Source of the DNA: a virus
Virus record (IMG/VR): IMGVR_UViG_3300049451_000021
Coordinates: 1-16,588 of that record
Length of the DNA: 16,588 nt
Reading direction: 5' to 3' (one strand)
Shown here: positions 15,162-16,588 of the stretch, one piece after another
Numbering within the stretch: the first letter of the stretch is position 1
Layout of the letters: each line of letters opens with the position of its first letter
Notes under the pieces: model-generated
What the model saw: the letters and a program-made list of their open reading frames with translations, nothing else
Told to the model about the DNA's origin: nothing
Database searches by the model: none
Made by a program: the position numbers and the translations under genes

Positions 15162-15478
15162 GCTGCAGCCTCGAGCACTGACCAGAAGGTTAGGGGTTCG
15201 AGTCCCTTCGGGCGCACAGTCTCTTCCTCGCCGAACAACCAGCCCACCGAGACGCCGAGCGCGTCCGCCAGGGCGACCAGGTCGCCAGCGAACCAGGCAC
15301 TTTCACCCCTGAGCCGACGCGACAGGGTCGACTGAGTGATGCCCAGCGTCGTCGCCAGCTCGCGCTGCTGAATCTTGCGGCGCCACAGCACGTGGTGCAC
15401 CCGCTGGCCGATGAGCACGTCAATCTCTGCGCGTTGCACGGTCGCTCCCATGCCCTGAATCTTCCGACGCCGAGGCAT
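15158..15478 (-). CDS. XRE/Cro-CI-family helix-turn-helix repressor.
   Basis: IGQRVHHVLWRRKIQQRELATTLGITQSTLSRRLRGES is a classic XRE HTH. The gene is divergent from a Cro/Xis-like gene. If the leftward promoter is as I propose, the ATG at 15451 is a possible leaderless start. Confidence 0.8.
   Translation of the reverse strand: MPRRRKIQGMGATVQRAEIDVLIGQRVHHVLWRRKIQQRELATTLGITQSTLSRRLRGESAWFAGDLVALADALGVSVGWLFGEEETVRPKGLEPLTFWSVLEAAA
15185..15216 (+). other. Putative attP core: a mimic of a tRNA 3' end (variable loop, T-arm, acceptor 3' strand and discriminator).
   Basis: The sequence reads AGGTT-AGGGG-TTCGAGT-CCCTT-CGGGCGC-A. No complementary 5' acceptor strand (GCGCCCG) lies upstream, so this is a fragment and not a tRNA gene. 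The antisense frames give the tell-tale peptides GLEPLT and RDSNP. Confidence 0.6.
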
Positions 15479-15549
15479 CGTGCGTCAACACGCCGCGCCA
15501 TACGTCGATGATTGACACTGATTGCACCAGGTGCATAGCGTCACGCCAC
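15452..15549. promoter_or_regulatory. Divergent back-to-back promoter and operator region (the genetic switch).
   Basis: Rightward: TTGACA (15512..15517), an 18-bp spacer, then TAGCGT (15536..15541), with an ATG at 15550 (leaderless). Leftward: TTGACG (reverse complement of 15483..15488) and GAAGAT/AAGATT (reverse complement of about 15458..15464). A perfect 13-bp palindrome, TGCACCAGGTGCA (15523..15535), sits in the rightward spacer. Confidence 0.5.
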
Positions 15550-15762
15550 ATGACGACTCGTGAGAATCAACGCTCTACACCCGAATCGGACGACTGGCTA
15601 TCCGTCACGGCCGCGGCCGGCCTGCTCGCCGTCAGCAGACGGACCATCTACCGCTACATCGAGCTGGGCCACCTGCCCAAGCGCCAGCTGCCCGGCAACC
15701 GCGTCCGCCTGGCCCGCGCTGACGTGCTCGCGCTGCTCAAGGAGTCGGAGCGCTCAGCATGA
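15550..15762 (+). CDS. Excisionase-family HTH (HTH_17) DNA-binding protein in the Cro position.
   Basis: WLSVTAAAGLLAVSRRTIYRYIELGHLPKRQLPGNRVRLARADVLALL matches the excisionase/MerR-like HTH pattern. It is the first gene of the rightward string. The alternative upstream ATG at 15508 lies before the predicted -35. Confidence 0.7.
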   Translation: MTTRENQRSTPESDDWLSVTAAAGLLAVSRRTIYRYIELGHLPKRQLPGNRVRLARADVLALLKESERSA

Positions 15763-16352
15763 CCGCCGCCCGGTCGTCCGTCGTGCCGATCGAGGTAGCG
15801 CGTCGACGGCGTATCCCCTACGCCCAGGTGCGGGCCCACATCGCCCGCGACACCAACCTGTCCGTCATGGCCCGGCACCTCTACACGCTGCTGTGCGTCT
15901 ACGCGAACGCCGACGGTGAGGCCAGGCCCTCGGGTACGACCTTGCAGGGCGAGCTGGGCTGCTCTGAGAACACCCGCAAACGTGCCGTCAACGAGCTGGT
16001 GAAGGCCGGCTATCTCGAGGTGCAGGCACGCACGGACGAGCGTGGCCGGCAGACGGCGAACCTCTACATCCTGCTCGATGACTTCGGCATCGTTGACGAT
16101 GCGGCAGCGCGGATACCGGCACGTCGCGGCACCAGTAGGGGGGCCACCCATGGCCCCCCCCAAGGGGGGGCCACCAGTGGCCCCCTGGAGGGGGCCACCC
16201 ATGGCCCCGGGAGGGGGTCACCCATGGCCCCCCCTCAGGGGGGGCCACCCACGACCCCCCCGTATGAACAACCAGGTAGAACAGCGCGCGCGCAAGACCT
16301 CCGCGCGCTGCGTGAGGCAGTCAGCAAGAAGGGGTCGGCCGATGGACCGTGA
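15759..16352 (+). CDS. Winged-helix DNA-binding protein, replication-initiator-like, with a Gly/Pro-rich repeat linker.
   Basis: It overlaps the upstream gene by ATGA. LSVMARHLYTLLCVYANADGEARPSGTTLQGELGCSENTRKRAVNELVKAGYLE is a typical phage/plasmid wHTH (HTH_36-like). The C-terminal half is encoded by the repeat array at 16138..16261. Confidence 0.6.
   Translation: MTAARSSVVPIEVARRRRIPYAQVRAHIARDTNLSVMARHLYTLLCVYANADGEARPSGTTLQGELGCSENTRKRAVNELVKAGYLEVQARTDERGRQTANLYILLDDFGIVDDAAARIPARRGTSRGATHGPPQGGATSGPLEGATHGPGRGSPMAPPQGGPPTTPPYEQPGRTARAQDLRALREAVSKKGSADGP
16138..16261. repeat. Array of five tandem units of about 23-27 bp, each a G/C-rich dyad of the form GGGGCCA-CCCA-TGGCCCC. Candidate replication-origin iterons.
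   Basis: Dyads: 16138..16159 (9-bp arms), 16166..16185 (8-bp arms, loop CCAG), 16191..16208 (7-bp arms), 16213..16232 (one mismatch) and 16238..16261 (degenerate). Confidence 0.85.
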
Positions 16353-16588
16353 GCGGATCGAGCGCGAATTCCTGGCCCTCGAGCAGTGGATGGACGAGAC
16401 CAACCCGCCCCTGCTGGCCGTCGTCGTCCTGGCCAACGGTGCGGGTCACGCGTTCACGTACCCGCTCGCCGAGCTGGCCCACGAGCGCGGGGACCCACAC
16501 GAGATCCACGCCGTGCTCACCACCGTCCGTGCCGCCCTGCTCGACCTCGCCACGTCCATGCAGGCCTCAAGGCTCAAGATCGAGAGAG
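16342..16588 (+). CDS. Hypothetical protein: 5' part of the junction-spanning ORF, which continues at 128..186 of the unique sequence.
   Basis: The ATG at 16342 overlaps the stop of the initiator-like gene by 11 nt. The frame stays open to the window end and is in phase with 1..186. Confidence 0.6.
   Translation, partial: MDRERIEREFLALEQWMDETNPPLLAVVVLANGAGHAFTYPLAELAHERGDPHEIHAVLTTVRAALLDLATSMQASRLKIER
16462..16588. repeat. Right copy of the 127-bp exact terminal duplication, identical to 1..127.
   Basis: I compared the two ends base by base and all 127 positions match. Confidence 0.97.

Larger units (their letters stand above)
1..16588 (+). mobile_element. Complete small temperate tailed-phage (prophage-type) genome. 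The unique length is 16,461 bp and the window ends overlap.
   Basis: The window holds a full head, tail and lysis module plus an integrase, a repressor and a Cro-like switch. Bases 1..127 are identical to 16462..16588, and one ORF reads continuously across that junction. Confidence 0.8.

Noticed and set aside
15140-15216. A possible complete tRNA gene ending at 15216.
   Set aside because: Only the variable loop, T-arm and acceptor 3' strand are recognisable. There is no 5' acceptor strand complementary to CGGGCGC. The position that should hold the anticodon loop lacks the conserved U33 context. I therefore interpret it as an attP core fragment and not as a tRNA gene.
16138-16261. The short regularly spaced palindromic repeats could superficially suggest a CRISPR array.
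   Set aside because: The units are about 24 bp and contiguous, with no unique spacers of 25-40 bp. They lie in frame inside a CDS, and no cas genes or leader are present.

Overview
This is very GC-rich, actinobacterial-type DNA. Bases 1..127 are identical to bases 16462..16588, so the window is one closed (or terminally redundant) unit of 16,461 bp. It reads as a complete, very compact temperate siphovirus-type phage or prophage.

One long rightward (+) gene string starts at a divergent promoter region near 15.5 kb and wraps through the window ends. Its order is: Cro/Xis-like HTH, winged-helix initiator-like protein, a 101-aa ORF spanning the junction, HNH endonuclease, a small ORF, large terminase, portal, a prohead-protease/major-capsid fusion, two head-tail proteins, major tail protein, an HK97 gp10-like protein, tape measure, four tail-tip proteins (the last two are tandem paralogs), and an amidase endolysin.

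A short leftward (-) string carries an XRE repressor, two translationally coupled unknown genes, a tyrosine integrase, a Cys-rich micro-ORF, a strong hairpin and a double-HTH excisionase-family protein.

The points most worth follow-up are:
- A tRNA 3'-end mimic (putative attP core) lies inside the 3' end of the repressor gene, upstream of an Ala-Ala-Ala C-terminus. This is the layout of integration-dependent immunity.
- Two unknown genes are stop/start coupled to that repressor and would be cut off from its promoter by integration.
- Five dyad-symmetric G/C-rich repeats lie inside the initiator-like gene, resembling the lambda ori-in-O arrangement.
- I could not find a holin, a small terminase or a G/GT chaperone pair.

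All functional calls come from motifs and gene order read by eye. No database search was possible.
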